From positions 1 to 28,719 of IMG/VR virus record IMGVR_UViG_3300031802_000010: DNA of 28,719 nucleotides; one strand, given 5' to 3'. Shown piece after piece: positions 1 to 8,235 of this stretch. Every line of letters begins with the position of its first letter. The first letter of the stretch is position 1. The position numbers and the translations under genes were made by a program. Under the pieces are notes generated by a model. That model saw only the letters and a list, made by a program, of their open reading frames with translations. It was not told where the DNA came from and made no database searches. This stretch comes from a virus. Lineage: Duplodnaviria > Caudoviricetes.

Positions 1-267
1 TGGAGGATAACCTGGCAAGAACCCACTTCAGTAATGAACATGGTTTTTGGGGATTTTTCCTTTCCGGGTAGGATTATATTTCAAAGAAAGAAGACATTCT
101 CGACTACTAACTACGATGAACTTATTAATAAATTAGATGAATTGCAGGATCTTCAAGATTGTAGTAAACCATCAATGAAACCCATTCTACTAGGGGTTGA
201 AAAAACTATAATCGAAAAAGGTACATATACTAATGCTGACCTAAATTCTAACGCTCCATTTGGTTAA
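1..267 (+). CDS. hypothetical phage protein, 5'-partial
   Basis: The frame is open from base 1 (TGG AGG ATA ACC TGG CAA...) into ORF 34..267, so the gene may start outside the window. No motif recognised. Confidence 0.6.
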   Translation, partial: WRITWQEPTSVMNMVFGDFSFPGRIIFQRKKTFSTTNYDELINKLDELQDLQDCSKPSMKPILLGVEKTIIEKGTYTNADLNSNAPFG

Positions 268-374
268 ACCATTCGTGTAACTTCGTGCGGTACAATGCCG
301 AACAGTTTATTCACCACACCAGGGAATATTCTATTATGAAGAGTCATGCCACTAATAATTTGAAAGGATTCGCA

Positions 375-644
375 ATGCTAGATATACATCCAAATGAACC
401 TACTAGGGAGTTTCGTCTACAGGGGACCGTAAAAGATTATTTCCATGAAACCTACAAACCATATAAACTTCATGTTTATGGTCCAATAGACAACGGTTTT
501 GGGAAAGTCAAGGAAATAAAAGTCCAACAGACTATAGATGTTCTAGATTTACTCGATTTAATTTCAGGAACTGATGACTATTGGCTAGTAAAAATAATCG
601 ATTACTACGGGACGTTTAAATGCATTGAAAAAGGAGCTAAGTAA
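375..644 (+). CDS. hypothetical phage protein (~89 aa)
   Basis: In frame with ORF 285..644. ATG at 375 follows an SD-like AAAGGA, so it is a better start than the GTG at 285. Confidence 0.65.
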   Translation: MLDIHPNEPTREFRLQGTVKDYFHETYKPYKLHVYGPIDNGFGKVKEIKVQQTIDVLDLLDLISGTDDYWLVKIIDYYGTFKCIEKGAK

Positions 645-727
645 TTCATGCCACGAAAAAAGCAGTTTTTAAAAGTATGAAAAAGAAAGCGAAATACAAT
701 CCGTCAAAAATCTTTCGATTTTATCTC

Positions 728-755
728 TTGACTTTTTCGATTTCAGGTATATAAT
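728..755 (+). promoter_or_regulatory. sigma70-type promoter
   Basis: TTGACT (728-733), 16-nt spacer, TATAAT (750-755); an alternative -10 TAATAT at 752-757 gives an 18-nt spacer. AT-rich upstream DNA; intergenic, ahead of the replication operon. Confidence 0.75.
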
Positions 756-758
756 ATC

Positions 759-890
759 CCTGAGACTTGAGAAAAACTTTTTATAGATTCATGCCACAAC
801 AAATTCGATCTATCCCGTACAGTCAAGTCAGTCTGTAGTATGCAGTGGCATGAGTACTATATGACTGGCTTGGCTTTTTTAGTCTCTAGG
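759..890 (+). ncRNA. candidate structured leader RNA / sRNA
   Basis: Begins near the predicted +1. Pairings read by hand: 762-767 with 881-886, 821-840 with 855-875, and 789-797 with 845-853. Not a family I recognise. Confidence 0.45.
821..880 (+). terminator. intrinsic terminator-like hairpin in the helicase leader
   Basis: AGTCAAGTCAGTC pairs with GACTGGCTTGGCT (13 bp, 2 G.U) and TGTAGTA with TACTATA (7 bp, 1 G.U). 14-nt loop; T-run 875-880. Confidence 0.65.
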
Positions 891-905
891 CAGATTGGAT
901 ATTTT

Positions 906-2528
906 ATGATAAAGTTTTACAAGAAAGTAAACTGTCCTGAATGCTCTGCTTCTGTTAATACCATAAACGGAGAGCGCTACCCAGTTATAGGTCATATCAA
1001 TGGTTGTTCGTTAGCTGGTCAAAAAGTCGAAACAAAAGGGCGTATTGACAGCCTCTACGATTCGACTATAGATAGTGGAGGGATTTACCCTGACGGCACC
1101 AGAATACCTTATAGGTATCAGACAAAAGGAATTGAATTTGCTAAAGGAAAAGATTCTTTTGCACTATTCTGGCAAATGAGACTTGGCAAAACTCTTACGA
1201 CAATTAAAATCGGTAAAGAAAAAAATTGGGAAAAGGTACTAATAGTTTGCCCTAAATCAGTTATTAACACCTGGATGAGAGAGCTTAAGCTGGAAAAACA
1301 GGCTGTACTTCGACTAACTACCGTAAGTCTTAAACACACAGCAGTTAAAAGGTCTCTTAAGTTCATGCCGGGGTGGTTTGTCACCAATTATGAAACACTT
1401 ATAAAAGAAAACTTAGCTGAATTAGCTGACTGGGATGCACTGATTTTAGATGAATCCGAAAAGATAAAAGACCCAACAACCAAAATTAGTAGGGAATTAG
1501 CTGGAGGTTACTTCAAAAAAATAATTGAACAACCCGATAGAGATGACAAAGAAGTTAAAATTTATCGGGATCGATGGAGAAAAGTAAAAAATAAAGTTTG
1601 TTTAACAGGTACACCAGCACCAGAAAATTTATTAAACTATTTCCAGCAACTCAAATTTCTATTCGGTAGTTTTGCTGGAACAGATAATTACCAAACATTC
1701 AAATCTAAATACTTCACAATGATTGGGCCAAATAAATTTACAGTATCCCCGCATGTATCCCAGTTTTTATCAGCTACATTGGCTGAATATTGTTTTGTTC
1801 TTCAAAGGGATCAAGTAGGAATTGGTTCAACTAAGGTATTTGAAGAACGAGAAACTGAACTATCTTCAGAATACCGTGAAGTTTACGATAGTTTTGAAAG
1901 AGATTGGATAACTGAAAATGGTGAACTAAGTGTTTTATGTGCTATTGCAGCATATACCCATCTACATCAACTATCTGGAGGTTACCACCATAAAATGGTC
2001 AAAAAAGGGATTACTAGTCCCCATAAACTCAATGAACTAAAGCAAATCCTAAAGAATGATCTTCGAGGTGAACGAGTATTAATCTGGTTTCGCTTTAAAG
2101 AGGAAATAAAGCAAGTTACTAAGGTATTACCAGTAGATTCATGGGCAATATGGTCTGGAGATACCAAAACTGATCAGCGTTTAGACCTGGAAGAACAATT
2201 TGCATGGAGAAACCGTTCTAAGCCATTAAATGGTAAAGTAAGAAAACAGTACCTTTTATGCCAGATAAAATCTGCTTGTCATGGACTAGACTTTGCAGGA
2301 GCTGATCAATCTATCTACTTCAGTAATGAACCTGGTTCTAAATGGCGACAACAGTCAGAAGATAGGTTAATTCATCCTGAAAAAGAAGTACCACTACTTT
2401 ATATTGATCTAGTAGCTGAGAATACTATCTGCCCATCTATTCTTGCGGCTTTAAAAGGTAAAATAGAAGATCAACAGACGTTTTTAATGAAAATTCATGA
2501 AGATATGAAAGAAAGGCACGGAGTATGA
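906..2528 (+). CDS. SNF2-family (SF2) helicase/translocase with N-terminal Cys/His Zn-binding motif
   Basis: Motifs PYRYQ, MRLGKT (I), LIVCPKSV (Ia), LILDESE (II), LTGTP (III), HGLDF (V), QSEDR (VI); N-terminal CPEC...HINGC. The track start (840) lies inside the hairpin, so the in-frame ATG at 906 is preferred. Confidence 0.9.
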   Translation: MIKFYKKVNCPECSASVNTINGERYPVIGHINGCSLAGQKVETKGRIDSLYDSTIDSGGIYPDGTRIPYRYQTKGIEFAKGKDSFALFWQMRLGKTLTTIKIGKEKNWEKVLIVCPKSVINTWMRELKLEKQAVLRLTTVSLKHTAVKRSLKFMPGWFVTNYETLIKENLAELADWDALILDESEKIKDPTTKISRELAGGYFKKIIEQPDRDDKEVKIYRDRWRKVKNKVCLTGTPAPENLLNYFQQLKFLFGSFAGTDNYQTFKSKYFTMIGPNKFTVSPHVSQFLSATLAEYCFVLQRDQVGIGSTKVFEERETELSSEYREVYDSFERDWITENGELSVLCAIAAYTHLHQLSGGYHHKMVKKGITSPHKLNELKQILKNDLRGERVLIWFRFKEEIKQVTKVLPVDSWAIWSGDTKTDQRLDLEEQFAWRNRSKPLNGKVRKQYLLCQIKSACHGLDFAGADQSIYFSNEPGSKWRQQSEDRLIHPEKEVPLLYIDLVAENTICPSILAALKGKIEDQQTFLMKIHEDMKERHGV

Positions 2529-2764
2529 AAGGATTCTTAGCTGAACAACAGCCAAGAGCTAAAAGTATTGGCGAATACTCAGATTTGAAAGTAATGCGTT
2601 CCTCTGCTGGGTACTACATAGGCACTCTATTTACTCACAGCAATAAAAGTAGTTCTCCAGGACTGGAAGAACCAGGTACACGAGAATCTCAGTATTTTCC
2701 AACTGAAGTACATGCACTACAAGCATTAATTGACGATAATTGGCAACAAAGGCTAGAACCATAA
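2525..2764 (+). CDS. conserved-looking hypothetical phage protein
   Basis: ATGA overlap with the helicase stop. The pattern LxVxxSxAGYYIG...PxxRESxY...AL...W resembles a recurrent small phage/mobile-element protein of unknown function (from memory). Confidence 0.8.
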   Translation: MKGFLAEQQPRAKSIGEYSDLKVMRSSAGYYIGTLFTHSNKSSSPGLEEPGTRESQYFPTEVHALQALIDDNWQQRLEP

Positions 2765-2765
2765 G

Positions 2766-3266
2766 ATGACTAGAATAAACCTTCCCCCTATTCCAGAAAA
2801 TGCTTTCATTACCTGTGATCCTGGTAGTGGGGGGACTGGTTTAGCTTTATTTTTTCCAGAACATCCATTTCCTATGGATACTAAAGTAATTAAATGCCCA
2901 ATAAATGATTGGGAAATAAAACAAAGAATGATTTTATCAACCACTGATGCATATTTAGTTGATATGTATGAAAGAGGTTGTAGAAAACTATTTATCGAAT
3001 TACCACAGTATATGAACTCTGTAAAAGGAGAGATAGCTGCTAAATCTAATGCGTTAGGTAAGTTACTAATGGTATATGGAGGGATTAAAGCTAATGCAGA
3101 ATTGCGCGGGTATACTACAAAACCAATCATTATAGGTCATTGGAAAGGTCAATTAGACAAACATAAAGTAAATATTAGGATAAAGAAAATCATTGGTGCT
3201 GAATTTGAAGATCATATTGCCGATGCAGTTGGAATGGGTCTGTATCTAAAAGGAAAATTCAAATGA
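2766..3266 (+). CDS. RuvC-like Holliday junction resolvase
   Basis: RNase H-fold catalytic pattern: ITCDPGSGGTGLA, FIELP, WKGQLDK, DHIADAVG. Confidence 0.85.
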   Translation: MTRINLPPIPENAFITCDPGSGGTGLALFFPEHPFPMDTKVIKCPINDWEIKQRMILSTTDAYLVDMYERGCRKLFIELPQYMNSVKGEIAAKSNALGKLLMVYGGIKANAELRGYTTKPIIIGHWKGQLDKHKVNIRIKKIIGAEFEDHIADAVGMGLYLKGKFK

Positions 3267-3526
3267 GGAATATGAAAGAACTACAAATTGGTAAGGAAGA
3301 TATCTGGGATGGTTTCATTTACATCTATCTTTGGGACGATGGAAAACTAGGCATGAGTTATACAGGACCATATGCAGGAGATTTAGCAAGTATAGAAGAA
3401 GGATTCTTAACTGTATTTGAATGTCAAGACTGTTCTATGGTTAGACTACTAGATTGTGAAGGAAATGGAACTAGATTAGCTTTTGCTAAAAAATATGCTG
3501 GAAATGTAAGGTATCATCATATATAA
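3263..3526 (+). CDS. hypothetical protein
   Basis: ATGA-coupled to the upstream gene and fills the operon gap; one CxxC. Confidence 0.7.
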   Translation: MRNMKELQIGKEDIWDGFIYIYLWDDGKLGMSYTGPYAGDLASIEEGFLTVFECQDCSMVRLLDCEGNGTRLAFAKKYAGNVRYHHI

Positions 3527-3537
3527 GAGAGATCACC

Positions 3538-4587
3538 ATGCCACAAGACTTCTACAAAATAGAGACTCTACCTCTTAATAAAAAAGTAGAAAACCAACAC
3601 TCTGTTTGGAACTACTATCGCGATGGAGTATCTCAATCATTCTCTAAAAAATTTAGAGAATGTAAACTCCAAACTAAACTTGAGTATGTAGACGGCTGGA
3701 CCAATAAATATGACAAAATTTGGTTCCGCTATGGAAAGCTAGTTCATTACCTGCTAGAACAGCAGTATCTAGGTTTCAATATCGATAGTGAAGAAACTGC
3801 ATTTAGTATGGCAACAACATTTGCTAATAAATACAGATGGTTTCTTCCGCAATTACCAGAAATAATTAAAGAAGAAAATACTTTTCTTGTAGCTTTAGCT
3901 GCCCATATTCTTCCAGTATACGTTAAATGGAGCATTATGGACGTTAAACTAACGAAAACTCTTGCTGTTGAAAAAGAGTACCGTATGCCATGCCAAGATA
4001 CCTTTGCTAGAGGAATAGTCGATAGAGTTTACCGGGATATGAACGGTTTACTTTGTTTAAAAGACTATAAAACAACAGCTAGAGTAATACGAGAAGCTGA
4101 ATTTTACGAGACATATAAATTAGATACTCAAACTTACTTATACTACCTCTTAGTTTTTAATGAATTCCAGGAAATGCCCCATAAAATGGAATTTGAGTTT
4201 ATTAGAACGCCTAAACATACTCTAGATCGAAAAAAAGATAACGTTTCATTTGAGGATTTCTTGAGCAAAGCTTGTGCTGACTTCGATCAAAGTCCGTCAA
4301 AATACCTAGGAAAAATAGAAATAAAACTAACAGCTAGTGAACTAACAAAATGGTATAATGAGCAATGGCTAGGCATTATAGACGAGATTAAATACTGGTG
4401 GGATGGGGGATGTAAACCATACCCATATAACGAACAGTCATTAAGGACGTCTTATAATAGTCGTTGCGAGATGTTTTATTTTATTACTGAAGGAAGAGAA
4501 GATAATTTATATAAACGAACCACTGCATTCACACAATACAAGGATGCCAACAATGACAAAAACTTGGTTACCGACTTCGATATCTGA
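3538..4587 (+). CDS. PD-(D/E)XK (RecB/Cas4-like) exonuclease
   Basis: SxS...C start, GKLVHYLLE, VEKEY, RGIVDRV, DYKT and QxxxY; adjacent to a Sak4-like ATPase. Confidence 0.88.
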   Translation: MPQDFYKIETLPLNKKVENQHSVWNYYRDGVSQSFSKKFRECKLQTKLEYVDGWTNKYDKIWFRYGKLVHYLLEQQYLGFNIDSEETAFSMATTFANKYRWFLPQLPEIIKEENTFLVALAAHILPVYVKWSIMDVKLTKTLAVEKEYRMPCQDTFARGIVDRVYRDMNGLLCLKDYKTTARVIREAEFYETYKLDTQTYLYYLLVFNEFQEMPHKMEFEFIRTPKHTLDRKKDNVSFEDFLSKACADFDQSPSKYLGKIEIKLTASELTKWYNEQWLGIIDEIKYWWDGGCKPYPYNEQSLRTSYNSRCEMFYFITEGREDNLYKRTTAFTQYKDANNDKNLVTDFDI

Positions 4588-5323
4588 GGCCCATATTGAT
4601 GACAATAGATTTAGCATACTTCTTTATGGACAAGATAAAGTTGGAAAATCTAAATTTTGTTCCAGTATACCAAATCATTTGATTATAGCTTGCCGTATGG
4701 GCAACATAGATCATATTGATTCTAAAAGAGTATACATTGGTGGTGAAGAAGATATGGAAAATCCAAAAGGTTTAGAGAACTTTATAGAAATTTTAAATCA
4801 AGTTCAATCTACTCCAGATTGTTGCGATACTTTAATTATAGATGATGCAGATAGACTTTATGAGCATTGTGTAAGGCATTACGCTGTCAATAGATTCAAA
4901 ATTAAAGAGCATGAACTGCCTTCAAGGATAGTTTGGTATACTGTTCGGAATAAAATGACTCAAATAATGGGTTTACTAAAAAGTTTACCCTGTGGCCTAG
5001 TCTTTACTTTTAATGAGGAATTAGAATCAATTGACGATATATCAACTGAAATTACTAGAAGAAACATAACAGCATCACCACAGTACAAAACGATTCTAAG
5101 AGGACAGTTTTTAATGCGAATGTATATGGACATTGGCAATTCTGGCGATAGACGGTTAACCATAGAAGGGAGTAGAGGACTAGCAGCTGGAAACGGGTAC
5201 GACAAGAATTTCTTATATGAAGGGAAAAAACTAAAACGTTTCTCCATCGGAAACGATGGAAACCATGGCTGGACAATGTTTAAAATGGCTTTTAACAACC
5301 AACTAAAGGGAGAAGTAATATGA
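4544..5323 (+). CDS. Sak4-like / AAA_24 P-loop ATPase (phage recombination)
   Basis: Walker A LLYGQDKVGKS and Walker B LIIDD; sits in an exonuclease-ATPase-SSB gene order. Confidence 0.8.
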   Translation: MPTMTKTWLPTSISEAHIDDNRFSILLYGQDKVGKSKFCSSIPNHLIIACRMGNIDHIDSKRVYIGGEEDMENPKGLENFIEILNQVQSTPDCCDTLIIDDADRLYEHCVRHYAVNRFKIKEHELPSRIVWYTVRNKMTQIMGLLKSLPCGLVFTFNEELESIDDISTEITRRNITASPQYKTILRGQFLMRMYMDIGNSGDRRLTIEGSRGLAAGNGYDKNFLYEGKKLKRFSIGNDGNHGWTMFKMAFNNQLKGEVI

Positions 5324-6345
5324 GTTTAAATTTGAACGCCACCATTAACAAAGAAGCATTTTTGGGCGTTGATCTAAGTTTTGAAGAGGTCCCATATGGT
5401 ATTTATGTTTGTGAATTGATTAAATGGTCTATTGGTCCACCAAATAATGAAAATAGTGATTGCACTAAGCAATCAGTTATGGTTTGGAAAGTAGCTGAAG
5501 AAGGAAGTTCTTATAACGGTTGCAATATTTATATGACCGATGCATTAGAATATAAAGAAAGATCGAGTACTTTTAGATCAAACAATTACTTTGGTTTACG
5601 GATTAAAACTAGTCAATTTAAAATTCCTAAAGAACTTTTTCCGGGAAATGAAGAAGATTGTATGGAAGCTTGTTTAGGTAGTCAAGCAAAAGTTGTGATT
5701 CAACCAGCTATAAAAAACAATGAACCCTTAGTAAAACAAGATGGTTCACCAATTGTTAATCGTAAAATTGATTCTATTATTGTTAATACGTATACTAAAA
5801 CTCCTGGTCCATTACCAAAAAAGGAAGTGTCACCTAATGGACAACCTATTCCTCCTTCTGTTCCAGATATTAAGAAGGGAGATAAATTCCTTTTTAATGG
5901 TAGCCCAGTAATTGTAGATATGTACGCAAAAGATTCTGGAACTATTTTAGTAAAGGATCAATCTGGAAATCAATTAGCAATTCATGATCTTACCCAGCTA
6001 CAGGAATTACCAACACTACCAGCAACTCCAATAAGTTCACCTACTGCCCAATCCGGCCCAACTCCACAAACTGGTGGACCAACTCCACAAACTGATAGTA
6101 CAGTAGAGGAGAGTATTATGGCCTTGCCATTGGAAACTGTAGATAAAGTTTCGAGTCTACCCAATCTGAAAAAAGGGAGTCACGTTGAAGGTGTATTTGA
6201 AAGCGCCGAGGGTTCTCAAATAATTACCGGAACTATTCATTCTGAACATAATACCCCTGGTGGTATAGTCTATAAAATTCGTGTAGGGGACTCATTATAC
6301 CCTTGCAAGAGCGAAAATGTTAAATTAGCAGGGCTTGAGGAGTAG
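5320..6345 (+). CDS. putative ssDNA-binding protein (DUF669-like N-terminus) with two C-terminal small beta-barrel-like domains
   Basis: N-terminal FEEVPYGIYVCEL...WKV...GCNIY fits the DUF669-like pattern, and the position after the Sak4-like gene fits. Pro/Thr-rich linkers separate two xKKG-initiated modules. Confidence 0.65.
   Translation: MSLNLNATINKEAFLGVDLSFEEVPYGIYVCELIKWSIGPPNNENSDCTKQSVMVWKVAEEGSSYNGCNIYMTDALEYKERSSTFRSNNYFGLRIKTSQFKIPKELFPGNEEDCMEACLGSQAKVVIQPAIKNNEPLVKQDGSPIVNRKIDSIIVNTYTKTPGPLPKKEVSPNGQPIPPSVPDIKKGDKFLFNGSPVIVDMYAKDSGTILVKDQSGNQLAIHDLTQLQELPTLPATPISSPTAQSGPTPQTGGPTPQTDSTVEESIMALPLETVDKVSSLPNLKKGSHVEGVFESAEGSQIITGTIHSEHNTPGGIVYKIRVGDSLYPCKSENVKLAGLEE
6055..6096 (+). 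repeat. 21-nt tandem repeat x2 (GPTPQTG/GPTPQTD)
   Basis: ggcccaactccacaaactggt / ggaccaactccacaaactgat, 19/21 identical, in the linker. Confidence 0.9.
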
Positions 6346-6374
6346 CCACGTTAGGAAATTAAAGTTGTCCCAAA

Positions 6375-6428
6375 CTAATAGGGGCTAGTAGTTAAAGTAA
6401 ACTATCTAGTCCCCTATTAGATTTTTTT
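6375..6428 (+). terminator. intrinsic terminator
   Basis: CTAATAGGGG (6375-6384) / CCCCTATTAG (6411-6420), extended by CTAG/CTAG and TAGTT/AACTA, then T7 (6422-6428); intergenic. Confidence 0.8.
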
Positions 6429-6438
6429 AAGAGATATT

Positions 6439-8229
6439 ATGGAAATTGCCGTAGATACAGAAACTACTGGGCTACATTGGACAAAAGGACACCAGCCATT
6501 TGGCATAGGTATATTCGCTGAAAATTGGAAGTCTTACCACGATTGCCCAGTAGATTTTGAAACTCATAAAATTACTGGAAATTTTGATAATTTAAAAACG
6601 TTTCTAGAAAATGAAGATAAAGTTATTTACTTTCATAATGCAAAATTTGATCTTCATATGCTTGCTAGTGTTGGTATTTATCCTAAAGGCCAAATTCATG
6701 ATACAATGTTTATGGCAAGGATATGTGATAATAGAGAGGCTAACTTTCAACTTAAACCACTGGCTAAAAAATACCTTGAAATCCCTGATGATGACGAAAA
6801 AGATTTAAAAGAGGCAGTTCTAAAAACAAGAAAAATTTACGATATAGATAGTGACTATCATGAACTTTATTGGTTACCAAAATACCATGATCCAGAAAAT
6901 AACTTATGTGAAATTTATTGTTTAAGGGATGTCGAGCGAACATACAAATTAGCTATGCATTACAAAAAGAAAATGGATACATTAGGGGTTCGCCATACAT
7001 ACGATATGGAAATGGCTCTTTTACCTATTTTATCTCTAATGGAGCGAACAGGAATACGCTTCGATAGAAAAAAAGCAGAAGAGAAATTCCTAGACTTAAA
7101 ACTTCAATTATCGAAGATAAATTTTAAACTCCAAAAAACTTATGGGGATATAAATTTTAATTCTCAGCAGCAAGTATCTACATTGCTCTTAATGTTAGGA
7201 ATACCATTAACTGAAAGAACTGCTGCATCTGATAGATTTCCAAATGGACAACTTAAAGCTGGAGCTAAAGTTCTAGCTGATTTCCAAGATAAATCTCCCA
7301 TTTGTAGAACCTTAGTCTATAGAGATAAGTTAGCTAGATCAGTAACAGAACTGCTAAATTACTGTGAATTTGAATATGCTGGAGTAATCAGCCCACGAAC
7401 AAATCAATGCCATGCAGTTACTTGGAGGTTCTCCCAATCAGATCCAAACTTAATGAAGACAACTAAAAAACAAAATCAAGGATCAGAATTTACTTTAATG
7501 AGAGATTTATTTGGACCTAGAGAAGGGTATGTTTGGGTAGCAGCAGATTATGAACAGATTGAATTACGTATTTTTGCTGATTCCAGTCAAGAGCCCCATT
7601 TATTAAACGCATTTCGAGCTGGAAAAGATATTCACAGTGAAACAACTAATCGGATCCCCTTCTTAATGGAAATGGCGATGGAAGAAGGATGGGAAAAAGC
7701 TAGAAGTTATGGTAAAAATACTAATTTTACAATTATTAATGGTGGAGGAGCAAGTGCTCTATGGAAACAATATCGAATACCAGAAGAACAAGCTAGCAAA
7801 TGTATCATTGGATTCAAAAATGCATATCCATTAGCTAAAGAGTATATGAATCTTCAAACTAAACAGGCAAAAAAGACTGGCTTTGTAACTACCAAATCAA
7901 AAAGACGTTTATTTACTGATCCTAAAAAGCCGTATACAACAGCAATTAGTTATGATATTCAACCATGTGCAGGGGATATGATGAAACAAGGACTCATAAA
8001 TTGCTATGATTGGATCATGAAAAATTCTTGCTGGAATGATATAAGAATTTTACTATCTATTCACGATGAATTGATCTTTGAAATTAAAAAAGACATCTAT
8101 GATCTTGAAATAGTAAAAATACTAAAAAAATTAATGGAACTACCATGCAAAATTTTCTGTATTCCTATTCCAGTAAATTGTGATTTAATAGTTAATAATT
8201 GGGCTGAAAAAGAAAAAATAATTTTATGA
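6439..8229 (+). CDS. polA: family A DNA polymerase with 3'-5' exonuclease (no 5'-3' exo domain)
   Basis: ExoI DTETTG, ExoII FHNAKFD, ExoIII YCLRDV; motif A ADYEQIELR, motif B RSYGKNTNF, motif C IHDEL. Confidence 0.95.
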   Translation: MEIAVDTETTGLHWTKGHQPFGIGIFAENWKSYHDCPVDFETHKITGNFDNLKTFLENEDKVIYFHNAKFDLHMLASVGIYPKGQIHDTMFMARICDNREANFQLKPLAKKYLEIPDDDEKDLKEAVLKTRKIYDIDSDYHELYWLPKYHDPENNLCEIYCLRDVERTYKLAMHYKKKMDTLGVRHTYDMEMALLPILSLMERTGIRFDRKKAEEKFLDLKLQLSKINFKLQKTYGDINFNSQQQVSTLLLMLGIPLTERTAASDRFPNGQLKAGAKVLADFQDKSPICRTLVYRDKLARSVTELLNYCEFEYAGVISPRTNQCHAVTWRFSQSDPNLMKTTKKQNQGSEFTLMRDLFGPREGYVWVAADYEQIELRIFADSSQEPHLLNAFRAGKDIHSETTNRIPFLMEMAMEEGWEKARSYGKNTNFTIINGGGASALWKQYRIPEEQASKCIIGFKNAYPLAKEYMNLQTKQAKKTGFVTTKSKRRLFTDPKKPYTTAISYDIQPCAGDMMKQGLINCYDWIMKNSCWNDIRILLSIHDELIFEIKKDIYDLEIVKILKKLMELPCKIFCIPIPVNCDLIVNNWAEKEKIIL

Positions 8230-8235
8230 GCAATT

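Noticed and set aside
677-754. 25-aa ORF MKKKAKYNPSK...
   Set aside because: Runs through the promoter elements and has no independent support.
344-853. Motif copies as a CRISPR or TIGR-like array paired with the Cas4-like or RuvC-like genes
   Set aside because: Repeats are only 9-11 nt, irregularly spaced and mixed in orientation; both nucleases fit an ordinary phage recombination operon.
344-860. TGGCA motifs as sigma54 promoters
   Set aside because: None of the four copies has the GC at -12 required by GG-N10-GC spacing.
840-905. N-terminal extension of the helicase in the ORF track
   Set aside because: The ATG is within the hairpin and no SD precedes it; ATG 906 is more plausible.
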